The position numbers were made by a program, and so were the translations under genes. From contig OZ243913.1 of assembly GCA_965213705.1 (NCBI GenBank), positions 704,001 through 768,000 of the forward strand: DNA of 64,000 nucleotides, read 5' to 3'. The notes beneath the pieces were generated by a model. The model was not told where the DNA came from and did no database searches. It worked only from the letters and a program-made list of their open reading frames with translations. This document shows positions 20,461-30,176 of the stretch, one piece after another (position 1 is the stretch's first letter; each line of letters begins with the position of its first letter). This stretch comes from Trueperaceae bacterium. GTDB lineage: Bacteria > Deinococcota > Deinococci > Deinococcales > Trueperaceae.

Positions 20461-20510
20461 CTGCCGAGCCCCTGTTCCGACTCCGGCAAGATGCACGCCG
20501 CCTCGAGCCC

Positions 20511-21950
20511 TCACCCGACCCTGTCCACAAACCCCGCCGCCGCTTCTAAAACATCTCTCACCTCCGGCTCACTCTGCGCTTCGCAGTACACGCGCAGCAC
20601 CGGCTCGGTGCCGCTCGGGCGGAACATCAGCCAGGCCTTGCCGCTCAGGTTGAGCTTGATACCGTCCAAACGCTCGACCGACTCGACCCTGCGCCCCGCA
20701 AACGCTTCCGGCGGATGTTGCAGCGCCGCCATCACCGCGTCCTTGAGGGCGTTGCCGCTTAGGTGGAGGTCCAGGCGGTCGTAGGCGTGCTGCCAAGCGA
20801 CTTCTTTCTCGATGTCGGCAAACAACTCGGCCAAAGACTTCCCCGTGCTCGCCGTTGCTGCCAGCAGCAACAGCCCGTTGGCAATGCCGTCGCGTTCGGG
20901 TAGGTGCCCACTCACGCCGATGCCACCCGATTCCTCGCCGCCGACGAGGACGTCCCCGTCTAGCATCGCGTCGACGATGTACTTGAAGCCGACCGGCGTT
21001 TCGACGACCTCCAAACCCCGCGCTCGCGCTAAACGTTCGACGATTCTCGAGACCGTAAACGTTTTGACCACTTTACCTGTTTTTCCTTGGCGGCTTAAAC
21101 TCTCAATCAACACCGCAAAAATCTGGTGCGAGTTGAAAAACGTTCCCCCCGGCAACACCACGCCGATGCGGTCGGCGTCGCCGTCGGTGGCGATGAGCAG
21201 CCCGTCGCTTCGCGTTTTCATGTAGGCCGTCGCCGCGCCTAAGTTGTCCGGAATCGGCTCGGGGTTGACGCCGTAAAATAGGGGGTCGGATTTGGGGTGC
21301 AGGTCGACAGCACGCCCTCCGAGGCCGATGTGCTCGAAAAAGCCACTCAGCCAACCCGTGCCCGAGCCGCCCATCGCCTCGTGGACGATTTCACCTTGCA
21401 CGGTTTGCAAAGCCTCGACGGCGACCAGGTTTGCAAGGGCATCGAGATAAGCCTCACGGATGTCGAAAGTGTCGACCTTGTGGCGCTCAGGGTCGAAGAC
21501 GGCAACGTCGTCCGGAGCTGTTTTCTCGACCCGCTCGCTCACCGCTTTGTAAATGTCGCTGGTGGCGGTGCCGCCGTAAACGCCTTTGAGTTTGAAGCCG
21601 TGGTACGGCGGCGGGTTGTGCGACGCGGTCAGCATCACGCCGCCGCCCGTTTTAAGGTGTTTGACCGCGAACGACAGCGCGGGCGTGGGCAAGTAGTCCG
21701 CTGAAACGGAGACCTCGAGCCCGTTCGCCGCCAACACTTCGGCCGCCCGGCGCGCGAACAGCGGGCCGTTGAAACGGGTGTCGTAGCCGACGAGCACCTT
21801 GGTTTGCCCTTTTTCCAGGAGATAGTCCGCGTAGGCTTGGGCGGCCCTCGAGAGGTTGGAAAAAGTAAACTTGTCGGCAATCACGTCGCGCCAACCGTCG
21901 GTGCCGAACACGAGTTTGTCCACAGCTTGACCTTCGCCCTGACTTGCCAT
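20511..21950 (-). CDS. Phosphoglucomutase/phosphomannomutase
   Basis: FGTDGWR, TASHNP, DGDADR, GGEESGG, RPSGTEP; ATG overlaps the upstream stop (TGATG). Confidence 0.93.
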   Translation of the reverse strand: MASQGEGQAVDKLVFGTDGWRDVIADKFTFSNLSRAAQAYADYLLEKGQTKVLVGYDTRFNGPLFARRAAEVLAANGLEVSVSADYLPTPALSFAVKHLKTGGGVMLTASHNPPPYHGFKLKGVYGGTATSDIYKAVSERVEKTAPDDVAVFDPERHKVDTFDIREAYLDALANLVAVEALQTVQGEIVHEAMGGSGTGWLSGFFEHIGLGGRAVDLHPKSDPLFYGVNPEPIPDNLGAATAYMKTRSDGLLIATDGDADRIGVVLPGGTFFNSHQIFAVLIESLSRQGKTGKVVKTFTVSRIVERLARARGLEVVETPVGFKYIVDAMLDGDVLVGGEESGGIGVSGHLPERDGIANGLLLLAATASTGKSLAELFADIEKEVAWQHAYDRLDLHLSGNALKDAVMAALQHPPEAFAGRRVESVERLDGIKLNLSGKAWLMFRPSGTEPVLRVYCEAQSEPEVRDVLEAAAGFVDRVG

Positions 21951-23005
21951 CAACTCACCGCGAACGTGGTCAGGCGTTCGTCGTCCAACACTTTTTTGAG
22001 GTCTTGCACGCGGTCTTTGTGAACTAAAAGCACCGCGTTCCCCCGCTTGACGATGACTAAGTTTTCGACGCCCAGGGTCACGATGACGTCGTCCGCGGCG
22101 TCGGTGTAGATGATGTTGCCCGACGTTTCCAAACCCACGTGCGTGCCGACGACTGTGTTGGCCGCGCCATCCTCCTGCTCGAGCAGCCGCTCCAGCGCGA
22201 CCCAGTCGCCGATGTCGTCCCACGCGAAGTCGCCGGGTACGACGAAAGCTCTGTCGGTGCGCTCCATCACCGCGTAGTCGATGCTGATTTTGGGCAGGTC
22301 GGGGAAGGTCTCGAGCAGCCGGTTTTCCCGCCGCGCCGCGCGCATGGGTTTCATGAGGTCGGGGGCGTAGCGGTCCAGCTCCGTGAGAATAACCTCGACC
22401 GGCCACACAAAAATGCCCGCATTCCAACTGTAACCGCCCGCGGCCAGGTAGCGCTCGGCCTTGGCGGCGTTGGGTTTCTCGACGAACTGCCGCACGCGGT
22501 AACCGTCCCCGACGGGCTCGCCCGCTTGCACGTAGCCGTACCCCGTCGCCGCCCAGGTGGGCCGGATGCCGATGGTGACGAGGCCGGTGGTTTCTTCTGC
22601 TAAAGCTGCAGCCCGCCGCACCGTCTCCCGAAACGCCTCGGGCTTGCCTATGCGGTGGTCGGCCGAGAAAAACCCGGCGACCGCGTCCGGGTGGCGTTCG
22701 TAAAGCGTCAGCGAGGCCAGCGCCACCGCCGGGGCCGAGTCGCGCCCGACGGGCTCCAAGATGAGGTTGCCGCTCGGCACCTCGGGCAAGTGCTCTTTCA
22801 CCAGGTCGCTGTAGCGTTCGCCCGTGGCGACAAAAATGTCTTCGGGCGAGTCGACGAGTGGCAATACCCGGTCGAAGGTCGCCTGGATGAGGCTGCGCCC
22901 GCTGCGCTCTAAGTCTAAAAACTGCTTCGGTTTGTCCGGCGTCGACAGCGGCCAAAACCGCTGGCCTTTACCGCCCGCCATGATGACGGCTAAAAACTTG
23001 CTCAC
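21950..23005 (-). CDS. manC: Mannose-1-phosphate guanylyltransferase
   Basis: IMAGGKGQRFWPLS..KPKQFL, FVEKP, WNAGIF, SIDYAVME, WDDIG.W. Confidence 0.93.
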   Translation of the reverse strand: MSKFLAVIMAGGKGQRFWPLSTPDKPKQFLDLERSGRSLIQATFDRVLPLVDSPEDIFVATGERYSDLVKEHLPEVPSGNLILEPVGRDSAPAVALASLTLYERHPDAVAGFFSADHRIGKPEAFRETVRRAAALAEETTGLVTIGIRPTWAATGYGYVQAGEPVGDGYRVRQFVEKPNAAKAERYLAAGGYSWNAGIFVWPVEVILTELDRYAPDLMKPMRAARRENRLLETFPDLPKISIDYAVMERTDRAFVVPGDFAWDDIGDWVALERLLEQEDGAANTVVGTHVGLETSGNIIYTDAADDVIVTLGVENLVIVKRGNAVLLVHKDRVQDLKKVLDDERLTTFAVS

Positions 23006-23293
23006 GCTTTACCCCCTTTGGTTTTGAGGCCCCTTTGTAGGTCAATCATAGCCCGGTCGTCCCGAAAAGGCGAAAAACCGTGGAGTGAAGCTCGAGCCCT
23101 CAAACCTCCGCCTGCCCCGAGCCGACCGGCTACAAGCCGAGAAAGCGGAGGATTTTACTGCTGAACGTCTCTAAACAAAGTGTACTGGCAGAGTCTCGAA
23201 AGAATTCGTTGCGCCCTGCCACCTACCCTAGCAACGCCTCGAGCCGGTCTGCGCCATTTATCAAGAAAGCTCATCACCACCGAGGAGACACCT

Positions 23294-24130
23294 GTGAGCC
23301 TGAGAGTCTTTGCCACCTTCGTCTTTTTGTTATCCAGCCTTGCCGGTGCCCAGGTCACGCGTGAAGCGCTGGTGCAACTCGCCAACGAACTGGAACGACT
23401 TCCCGAAACGTCCTCACTGGAAGACGCCGCGCCTTACTTTGCCGACCTGCCCGTGTACAGCACGAAAACGAGCAGCGCCAAACTGGTGCCCACCGCCTTT
23501 TTGACGACCGGTTTGAGCGTCGAGCGCGGCGTGCCCGTCGTCCTGCTGGTGAACACGTTGGAGCTGATGATGCGCTCGAGCCGCCTGGTCGAAACAGGGT
23601 TCGGCGAGAGTTCGGACGCGAGCGTGACGTTTCCCGCCGAAAAAGAGTGCAGGGTTTACGAGGCGCTCGTCTGGGGAAAAACCTACGGCGTTTCCGCGGC
23701 CTCGCTGAAAACCTTGTCCGAGCTTTTGGAGAAAAACCTCGTGTCTAAGGACTTCACCGTTGCGCGCGTCGAGGCCTACGAAAAGTTCGTCGCCGGAGCC
23801 GCCATCTTTGCCACCGAGTTGAGAAAGCAGTTCGTGACGACGCTCCTGGAGCAAAGTGACGTGAGCCTGGACGACCTCAAGGCGGATTTGAACGAGGTTC
23901 TGTCGGAAAACCCCAACTCGGTCTTTATTCCGCGCGTCGCCGCAGCGCGAACAAAGGAAGAACTGAACGACGTGCTGCAGCAACTGCTCGAGGCCGACGC
24001 GGAAGAGGCGACCCTGAAAGCTTTTACCGCGCAAAAGGGCGACACCCAAATCGCGGGGCTGTGGACGGGCGAGGCACCCAACGAGCCCGGTGACCTCGCG
24101 CTCGTGTGGTGCGTTTTGGGCGCTAGGTGA
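23294..24130 (+). CDS. Secreted hypothetical protein
   Basis: GAGGAG RBS, GTG start, signal peptide ending AGA-Q; host-like codon usage; no recognised domain. Confidence 0.65.
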   Translation: MSLRVFATFVFLLSSLAGAQVTREALVQLANELERLPETSSLEDAAPYFADLPVYSTKTSSAKLVPTAFLTTGLSVERGVPVVLLVNTLELMMRSSRLVETGFGESSDASVTFPAEKECRVYEALVWGKTYGVSAASLKTLSELLEKNLVSKDFTVARVEAYEKFVAGAAIFATELRKQFVTTLLEQSDVSLDDLKADLNEVLSENPNSVFIPRVAAARTKEELNDVLQQLLEADAEEATLKAFTAQKGDTQIAGLWTGEAPNEPGDLALVWCVLGAR

Positions 24131-24195
24131 GGCCGGAGTGTTTGATTGACCTTTTTGGCAAAGCGTCTTGAGGTGTAGGGCGGTCTCGAGCGCGG

Positions 24196-25761
24196 TCACG
24201 CCTTAAAACGGCGCGCGAACGCGTTCAACTCCGGCAGTTTGAGGACCACGCTCAGCCCGGCGTAAACGACGCCGAACAAAAACGTGCCGACGAGCGCGTA
24301 AAGCAGGTAAGCTATCCAGTTCACTGCCGGGGGCAGCGCGGACAGCAGCAGCGACGTGGCTAAAGCGGCCAGCCCGGCCGCCAGCCACACCCGCAAACTG
24401 TGCTGCACAAAACGTTCCGCCCCGAAGTGCTCGGCCCTAGCCACCAACACCAGCAAGCCCGTCAACTGCAGCCAACTCGCAATCACCGTCGCCCAGGACA
24501 ACCCCTCTATGCCCAGCGGCCGGTACAGCAGGTAGTAGAGCGCGCCCTGCACTGTCAAGGTGACCAAGGTCAGTACAATCGGCACCCGTACCCGCTTGCG
24601 CACGTAAAACGTCCTGACGAGAAGGTTGTTCACCCCGATGGGAAAAATCGCCAGCCCGAGCGGGACGACGGCCAACGCGGTCGAGGCGAGCGTGAAGGGC
24701 TCGGCACCCGCCCGCCCCAGCAGGGGAAACCAGTTGAAGACGACTTCCACGACGGGCCGGGCCAACACCGTGAGGAGCAGCCCGGCCGGAACGGTCAAAA
24801 AGCTGATGAACCGCAACCCCTCGAGCAGCGTCCCGGCAAACACCTCCGGCGCGTCCACCGCCTGCGCGCTGAGGCGCGAGTAGTAAGCGAGCGCGGGCGA
24901 CACGCTGAACAGGCCCAACGCAAGACTCACGAACAGGTCGGCGTTGGTGAACGCCGTGACGCTGCCTGGGGGCAACAGGTCGAGCACGTTCGCCGAGACG
25001 AGATTGAGAACCTGCCGCCCGCTCGTCGTAAACACCGACGGCACCGTCAACAGCAGCACCGCCGACAAACCGGGGTGCCAGAGTTTGAGGCCGTGCAGGT
25101 GACCGCCGCGCAGCAGCGCCGGCAACTGCACCGCGAACTGCGCCACGCCGCCCAACACGAAGCCCCAAGCCAGGGCTTCCGCGCGGTGCGGGTACAGTAG
25201 CATCACCACGATGGACACCACGTTGAGCGCCACCGGTGCCCAGGCGGGCCAAAAAAAGCGCTCCTCGGCGTTGAGAATGCCCATCGCCCAGGCCGAGAGC
25301 GATATGGCAAACAAAAACGGAAACACGATGCGCGTCAGCTGCAGCGCCAGGTCGCGGTCGACGCTGCCGCCGCTCAGCAGCAGGTCGACGATGTAGGGCG
25401 CTAAAGCGTAGGCCAGCAGCAACAGCACTCCGTTGACGATAATGAGGAGCCCCAGCAAAGCGGCCGACAAACGTCTGGCCTCGGCACCCTTGAAACTTCG
25501 GTAAACCGGGATGAACGAGTTGCTGAGCGCACCCTCGGCGAGGAGTTCGCGGAACAGGTTCGGCACGCGCAGCGCTATAAAAAAAGCGTCGGTAACGGTC
25601 TTGTCGAACAGTTGGGTGATGAGCGACTGCCGCAAAAACCCGGTTATGCGGCTGCCCAAGGTGCCGCCCATGAGGGTGAGGGCGTTGTGTGCGCTGGTTT
25701 GCTGTTTGGGCGGAGGGCTCGAGGCGGCGTCCAGGTCGGGTTGGGGTTTCAACTTTCCCAC
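24196..25761 (-). CDS. murJ: Lipid II flippase MurJ
   Basis: SRITGFLRQ, DAFFIALRVPNLFRELLAEGAL; many TM segments. Confidence 0.93.
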   Translation of the reverse strand: MGKLKPQPDLDAASSPPPKQQTSAHNALTLMGGTLGSRITGFLRQSLITQLFDKTVTDAFFIALRVPNLFRELLAEGALSNSFIPVYRSFKGAEARRLSAALLGLLIIVNGVLLLLAYALAPYIVDLLLSGGSVDRDLALQLTRIVFPFLFAISLSAWAMGILNAEERFFWPAWAPVALNVVSIVVMLLYPHRAEALAWGFVLGGVAQFAVQLPALLRGGHLHGLKLWHPGLSAVLLLTVPSVFTTSGRQVLNLVSANVLDLLPPGSVTAFTNADLFVSLALGLFSVSPALAYYSRLSAQAVDAPEVFAGTLLEGLRFISFLTVPAGLLLTVLARPVVEVVFNWFPLLGRAGAEPFTLASTALAVVPLGLAIFPIGVNNLLVRTFYVRKRVRVPIVLTLVTLTVQGALYYLLYRPLGIEGLSWATVIASWLQLTGLLVLVARAEHFGAERFVQHSLRVWLAAGLAALATSLLLSALPPAVNWIAYLLYALVGTFLFGVVYAGLSVVLKLPELNAFARRFKA

Positions 25762-25782
25762 CGCAAGGTTCGGCGGGCTGTT

Positions 25783-25803
25783 AAGAAGTAAGAAGTAAGA
25801 AGC
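25783..25803. repeat. 7-bp tandem repeat (AAGAAGT-type, three copies)
   Basis: AAGAAGTAAGAAGTAAGAAG upstream of murJ. Confidence 0.6.
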
Positions 25804-25931
25804 GAGGCGTAGGGAGGTTGCGAAGCGCCGACGTTCACCATGTCTGCCGGGTACACAACCAGGGGTTGAAACCCCTTGTTATAGGCGGCAAAGGTCGTCA
25901 TAGTCCAGCTTATCCACAGCCTGTGGACGAC

Positions 25932-27116
25932 TCAAGCACCGACGGCGAGTTTGGCGAAGCGTTCTTCGACCCTAGCAAGCGTCTCGTCTTTTTTGGGAAA
26001 CGCAAACCGCACCCGCCCGCGGCCCAAACTCGGGTCGCTGCGGTAGAACGAGGAGCCCGGAATCGCGCCGATGCCGAGTTCGTCGATGAGCCAATACACG
26101 AACTTGTCATCGTCGTCCGACAAACCCAACCGTTCAGCCACCGGCCGAAAGTCGGCGAGGGTGTAGTAAGCGCCTTCGGGCGTGGGCGCGTCGAAACCGG
26201 CGGCCTTCAAAATTGCCATCATCTTCGTGCGGCGCTCCACGTAATACTTTTTCAGCCAGTCGTAATACTCCGGCCCGAAGTTGACGGCCGTCACCGACGC
26301 CTTTTGCAAGGGCGAGGGCGCGCAAATTGTCGTGAAGTCGTGGATTTTGCGCAACGCGTTCGTGAGATGTGCGGGGGCGATGGCGTAGCCGACCCGCCAG
26401 CCCGTCACCGAGTAGCTTTTGGACAAGCCGCTGATGGTGATGGTCCGCTCACCCATGCCGTCCAAGGTGGCGATGGGGATGTGCTCGAGCCCGTCGAAAA
26501 CCATGTGCTCGTAAATCTCGTCGCTGATGGCGACCACGTCGAACTCCAGGCACAGGTCGGCGATTTGTTGCAACTCCTCACGCCGAAACACGCGCCCCGA
26601 CGGGTTGTGCGGCGTGTTGAAGATGCAGGCCTTGACGCCCGGCGTCTCGAAGGCTTTACGCAGTTCGTCGGGGTCAAAACGAAAGTCCGGCGGGCGAATC
26701 GGCACCCACAGGGCTTCGGCCCCGGCGAAAACGACGCCCGCGTGGTAGTTCTCATGGGCGGGCTCGAGGATAACCACCTTCTCGCCCTTGTCTACCACCC
26801 CTAACAGCGCGCTGATAACCGCCTCGGTCACGCCGCAGGTGATGGTGACTTCGCTAACCGGGTCGGGCCGAAAGCCGTAAAAACGTTCGGTCTTGTCGGC
26901 CACCGCCGCGCGCAGGTCTAGCAAGCCCCAAGTCGGCACGTACTGGTTGAAACCGTTTTGCAGCGCTTCGCTGGCGGCGTCGAGCAGTTCTTGAGGCGGT
27001 GAAAAGTCCGGCGAGCCCTGGCCCAAGTTGATGGCCCCCTTGCTGAGGGCGTACACGGTGAGGCCGCGGATGGTGGATTCGAACAGGTTGTCGACGCGCG
27101 TGGCGGCTTGGGGCAT
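25932..27116 (-). CDS. PLP-dependent aminotransferase class I/II
   Basis: INLGQG.PDF, NTPHNPSG, SDEIYE, SKSYSVTGWRVG. Confidence 0.93.
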   Translation of the reverse strand: MPQAATRVDNLFESTIRGLTVYALSKGAINLGQGSPDFSPPQELLDAASEALQNGFNQYVPTWGLLDLRAAVADKTERFYGFRPDPVSEVTITCGVTEAVISALLGVVDKGEKVVILEPAHENYHAGVVFAGAEALWVPIRPPDFRFDPDELRKAFETPGVKACIFNTPHNPSGRVFRREELQQIADLCLEFDVVAISDEIYEHMVFDGLEHIPIATLDGMGERTITISGLSKSYSVTGWRVGYAIAPAHLTNALRKIHDFTTICAPSPLQKASVTAVNFGPEYYDWLKKYYVERRTKMMAILKAAGFDAPTPEGAYYTLADFRPVAERLGLSDDDDKFVYWLIDELGIGAIPGSSFYRSDPSLGRGRVRFAFPKKDETLARVEERFAKLAVGA

Positions 27117-27243
27117 GGGGGCTCCTAAAAAGGGTGGGGACTCGAGACCTGCCTGCTAGCATACCCGTTTGCCAGCTTAGCCCTCCGAATACTGCCACAG
27201 CAAGGTTCTGGGGATTTACATTCTCTTTCGTAAACACAGTTTC

Positions 27244-27789
27244 TCAAACAGGCACAAGGGCCAAACCTGCCAGCGCGGCGGTGCGTTTTGTATCGTCGCC
27301 GAGCGCGCCGAAGACGATGAAACCCTCTACAATTGCCAAAGCGAGCGACGCTAAGGGTTCACGTTCCTCCTCCTTGTCTACCTTTAAGGCTGCGGCAATC
27401 CAGTCCAGAAAGGTCGTGCCTATTTCTTGGGCAACCGCACGATAAGGTGCCTGTTCCCTGGCGGCAAGGGTGACCAGCTCGAGCCAAAGACGCAGGTAGG
27501 GTCGAATCCGCGTATCTTCCAGCATTTCGGAGAGCTGGGGGAGGAGGCTCTGAAACGGCGTCGGTTCAGCTCGAGCAGCGTCCAAAATCCCGACAAGACG
27601 TTCCGTAACCAAGGTCAGCGTCGCGGTGAGCAGTTCTTCCTTGTCCACAAAATAGTGGAGCAGCATCCGGTCACTCGTTCCTGCCGCCGCCGCCAAGGGA
27701 CGCAGGCTGGCACTTTGCAGGCCGTGGGCGAGTACATAGTCTGCCGAGCGCTCGAGGATTTCTTGTCTTCGCGCCTCACCTTTGGTCAT
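27244..27789 (-). CDS. TetR/AcrR-family regulator
   Basis: GLQSASLRPLAAAAGTSDRMLLHYF.DKEEL. Confidence 0.92.
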   Translation of the reverse strand: MTKGEARRQEILERSADYVLAHGLQSASLRPLAAAAGTSDRMLLHYFVDKEELLTATLTLVTERLVGILDAARAEPTPFQSLLPQLSEMLEDTRIRPYLRLWLELVTLAAREQAPYRAVAQEIGTTFLDWIAAALKVDKEEEREPLASLALAIVEGFIVFGALGDDTKRTAALAGLALVPV

Positions 27790-27816
27790 AGTTCAGACTA
27801 CCCCTTGACTTGCCGG

Positions 27817-27859
27817 TGTAGCGAGTGCTACATTTACACTACTTGTAGCACTCGCTACA
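27817..27859. promoter_or_regulatory. Twin TetR operator
   Basis: TGTAGCGAGTGCTACA (27817-27832) and its exact reverse complement TGTAGCACTCGCTACA (27844-27859), each itself TGTAGC-N4-GCTACA; TTGACT at 27805. Confidence 0.8.
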
Positions 27860-27882
27860 AGATTCACGCACCGGAGGTTAAC

Positions 27883-28326
27883 ATGCGAACACGGGCCGTC
27901 GATACTCACTCAAACCGCCAACGTCACAGCACTCTAGCCACAGGCCAGTTGGGGCTGGTCGTCGTGCTCGGGGTGGCCTTCTGGTTTGCGGCGGCTATGG
28001 GCGTACGCTTTGGGTCTGCGGCGGGTTTCTTCGGCGCAACCGCAAGCTTGCTCACCTTCGCGCTCACAGTCCCCGTCTGCTGGCTTGCGGTACTGTTTGT
28101 CAAGAAGATGGCTAAGCTCGAGGCCGGTCAAGTTGTGCCGGGTATCGTTGTGGGCGTTGTAGTCGCTACCTTTTGCGACGGAATCGCGCTGACTTGGGCG
28201 CGCGGCCTCTACGGGCTCGACGCGGCTCAGGTCACGCTCGGAGCCGCCTGGATACTGTGGGGTGTCGGGCTGTTCCTGCTGTTCGCTTACCTTGACGACC
28301 ATCGCCGAGTGGAAGAGACGCGCTAA
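27883..28326 (+). CDS. Small 4-TM membrane protein (possibly DUF5367-like), divergent from TetR
   Basis: GGAGG RBS; hydrophobic; CDGIALTW...Y...GAAWILWG. Confidence 0.7.
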   Translation: MRTRAVDTHSNRQRHSTLATGQLGLVVVLGVAFWFAAAMGVRFGSAAGFFGATASLLTFALTVPVCWLAVLFVKKMAKLEAGQVVPGIVVGVVVATFCDGIALTWARGLYGLDAAQVTLGAAWILWGVGLFLLFAYLDDHRRVEETR

Positions 28327-28473
28327 GTGAGACGCCCTCGAGAAAAAACCTCTGTGACGACCGATACCAGCCTGCACGTGGTATGAAAAGAGCAGAAGGA
28401 ACCTCAGTTCAAACTACACCCACTTTCCCCTTTGCGGAATTTGTGTATCTATTTCTCGAGTCACAGGAGGCTT

Positions 28474-29211
28474 GTGCACTTCACAGAATTTTTCGCCATT
28501 ACTGAGCGCTACCAAGACATCCTCAACCCCTCGTCCCACGACAAACTGATGCTGCTGGCCGAATACTGCAACGTCGCAGACGGCAGCCGCGTCCTGGACA
28601 TCGGTTGCGGTAAAGGCTACCTGTTGCGGAGTTGGGCCAAACAGTGGCGAATAGAGGGCGTGGGCGTAGACATCAACCCGGTCTCGGTTGCCGAAGCGAA
28701 AGAAAAGGCGGCGCAGGAGGGCGTGGCCGCGCGGCTGACCTTTATTGAGGGTTCGGCCGCCGAGTACAAAGGCGAGGCGGCTTTCGACATCGTCACCTGC
28801 ATCGGCGCTCCGTTCGCCATCGGCAGTTTTCGGGAAGCTGTGGCGTGGATGGTTGCCAGAACCAAACCTGACGGGAACATCGCTATCGGCGACGAGTATT
28901 TGCCCGCACCCTTGCCCGAACATATTGACGAAGATGTAAAGGACTATCCAACCCTGAGCCGGCTCAGCAGCATCTTGGCAGAGGAAGGGTTGTTCACGAC
29001 GGGTGTCATTGCCGCTGCCCCCGACGACTGGGACAGGTACGCGAGCGGCGGCTGGCGGGCGGGTTACGACTGGCTGCGAGATAATCCGGGGCATCCCGAC
29101 TATGACGAGGTAGCCGAGCGTCTAAAGCAAGGCCGTGAAGCGCACCTTAAATTCATCCGGCAGTATTTGGGTTGGGCGATGTTGGTGGGGCGCAAGGTCG
29201 GGTTAAGCTGA
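28474..29211 (+). CDS. Class I SAM-dependent methyltransferase (YjhP-like)
   Basis: ILNP, VLDIGCGKG, FDIVTCIGA, RQYLGW; AGGAGG RBS. Confidence 0.88.
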   Translation: MHFTEFFAITERYQDILNPSSHDKLMLLAEYCNVADGSRVLDIGCGKGYLLRSWAKQWRIEGVGVDINPVSVAEAKEKAAQEGVAARLTFIEGSAAEYKGEAAFDIVTCIGAPFAIGSFREAVAWMVARTKPDGNIAIGDEYLPAPLPEHIDEDVKDYPTLSRLSSILAEEGLFTTGVIAAAPDDWDRYASGGWRAGYDWLRDNPGHPDYDEVAERLKQGREAHLKFIRQYLGWAMLVGRKVGLS

Positions 29212-29215
29212 CACC

Positions 29216-30061
29216 ATGACTTCCGATACAGCTAAGTTTCAGGCCCTCGTCGTCGACATGGACGGCGTGCTGTGGCGCGGCGACACAGCGCTGCCGGGTT
29301 TATCCAAATTTTTTGACGCGCTGGCCGACCTGCAACTGCCCTTCGTTCTCGCCACCAACAATGCCATGAAAGTCGCCGCGCAGTACACCGAAAAATTGGC
29401 CGGGTTCGGCGTCGAGGTGAGTGCTGAGCACATCCTCACCTCGTCCGAGGCGACGGCGACGTTTATCAAGCACCATCATCCCGAGGTCGACACGGTTTAC
29501 GTCGTTGGGGAAGAGGGTTTGCGGCGGGCGCTTCGTGAGCAAAACCTCCAGGTTATCAGCCCGGAAGAGGTGAGGAAAGGGGCGACCGCGCCGCTCGTCG
29601 TTTTGGGGCTGGCTCGAGACGCCCTCACTTACGAGATGCTGGCGATGGGCAGCTTGCTCGTTCACAAGGGCGCGAGCCTCATCGCCACCAACGACGACGC
29701 GACTTACCCGACCGAACTCGGGCCGCTGCCGGGTGCGGGCGCGGTGCTGTCGGTGTTGACTACAGCCACGGGTGCGAAACCCACCGTCGTCGGCAAGCCC
29801 AACGCGGCGATGTTCGAAGAAGCGCTGCAGCGGCTAGGCACGGCTGCGGAAGACACCCTTATGGTCGGCGACCGGCTCGCCACCGACATCGCAGGCGGCG
29901 CGGCGGCGGGGATGAAGACGGTGCTGGTGCTGACGGGGGTCTCGACGCGTGACGACTTAGAGACCTCCGACGTTCAGCCGGACTTCGTGATGGAGGACGT
30001 TCGGGAGTTGACAAAGTTTTTGCTCGAGGCGGGTTCGAACAACAGTTCTGCAGATGATTGA
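29216..30061 (+). CDS. HAD-IIA family hydrolase (NagD-like)
   Basis: DMDGVLW, ATNN, VGKP, MVGDRLATDI, VLTGV. Confidence 0.92.
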   Translation: MTSDTAKFQALVVDMDGVLWRGDTALPGLSKFFDALADLQLPFVLATNNAMKVAAQYTEKLAGFGVEVSAEHILTSSEATATFIKHHHPEVDTVYVVGEEGLRRALREQNLQVISPEEVRKGATAPLVVLGLARDALTYEMLAMGSLLVHKGASLIATNDDATYPTELGPLPGAGAVLSVLTTATGAKPTVVGKPNAAMFEEALQRLGTAAEDTLMVGDRLATDIAGGAAAGMKTVLVLTGVSTRDDLETSDVQPDFVMEDVRELTKFLLEAGSNNSSADD

Positions 30062-30088
30062 GACGGTTTTGTTCGTGACCGCGGTGTA

Positions 30089-30128
30089 GACCCCCCGGCC
30101 CGAAGGGCCACCCCCCTAGAAAGGGGGT
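30089..30128. repeat. REP-like double hairpin (GACCCC...CCCCTAG.AAGGGG family)
   Basis: GACCCCCCGGCCCGAAGGGCCACCCCCCTAGAAAGGGGG; related copy on the minus strand at 63938-63979. Confidence 0.6.
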
Positions 30129-30176
30129 AAGGTCAACAGCGGTTTTGCTTAGATTCATCAAAGCCGAAAGGCGGAG

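Noticed and set aside
25910..25930. Perfect DnaA box TTATCCACA with an imperfect inverted partner (TGTGGACGA)
   Set aside because: Only one perfect box, no AT-rich unwinding element and no dnaA/dnaN/gidA nearby; not enough to call oriC
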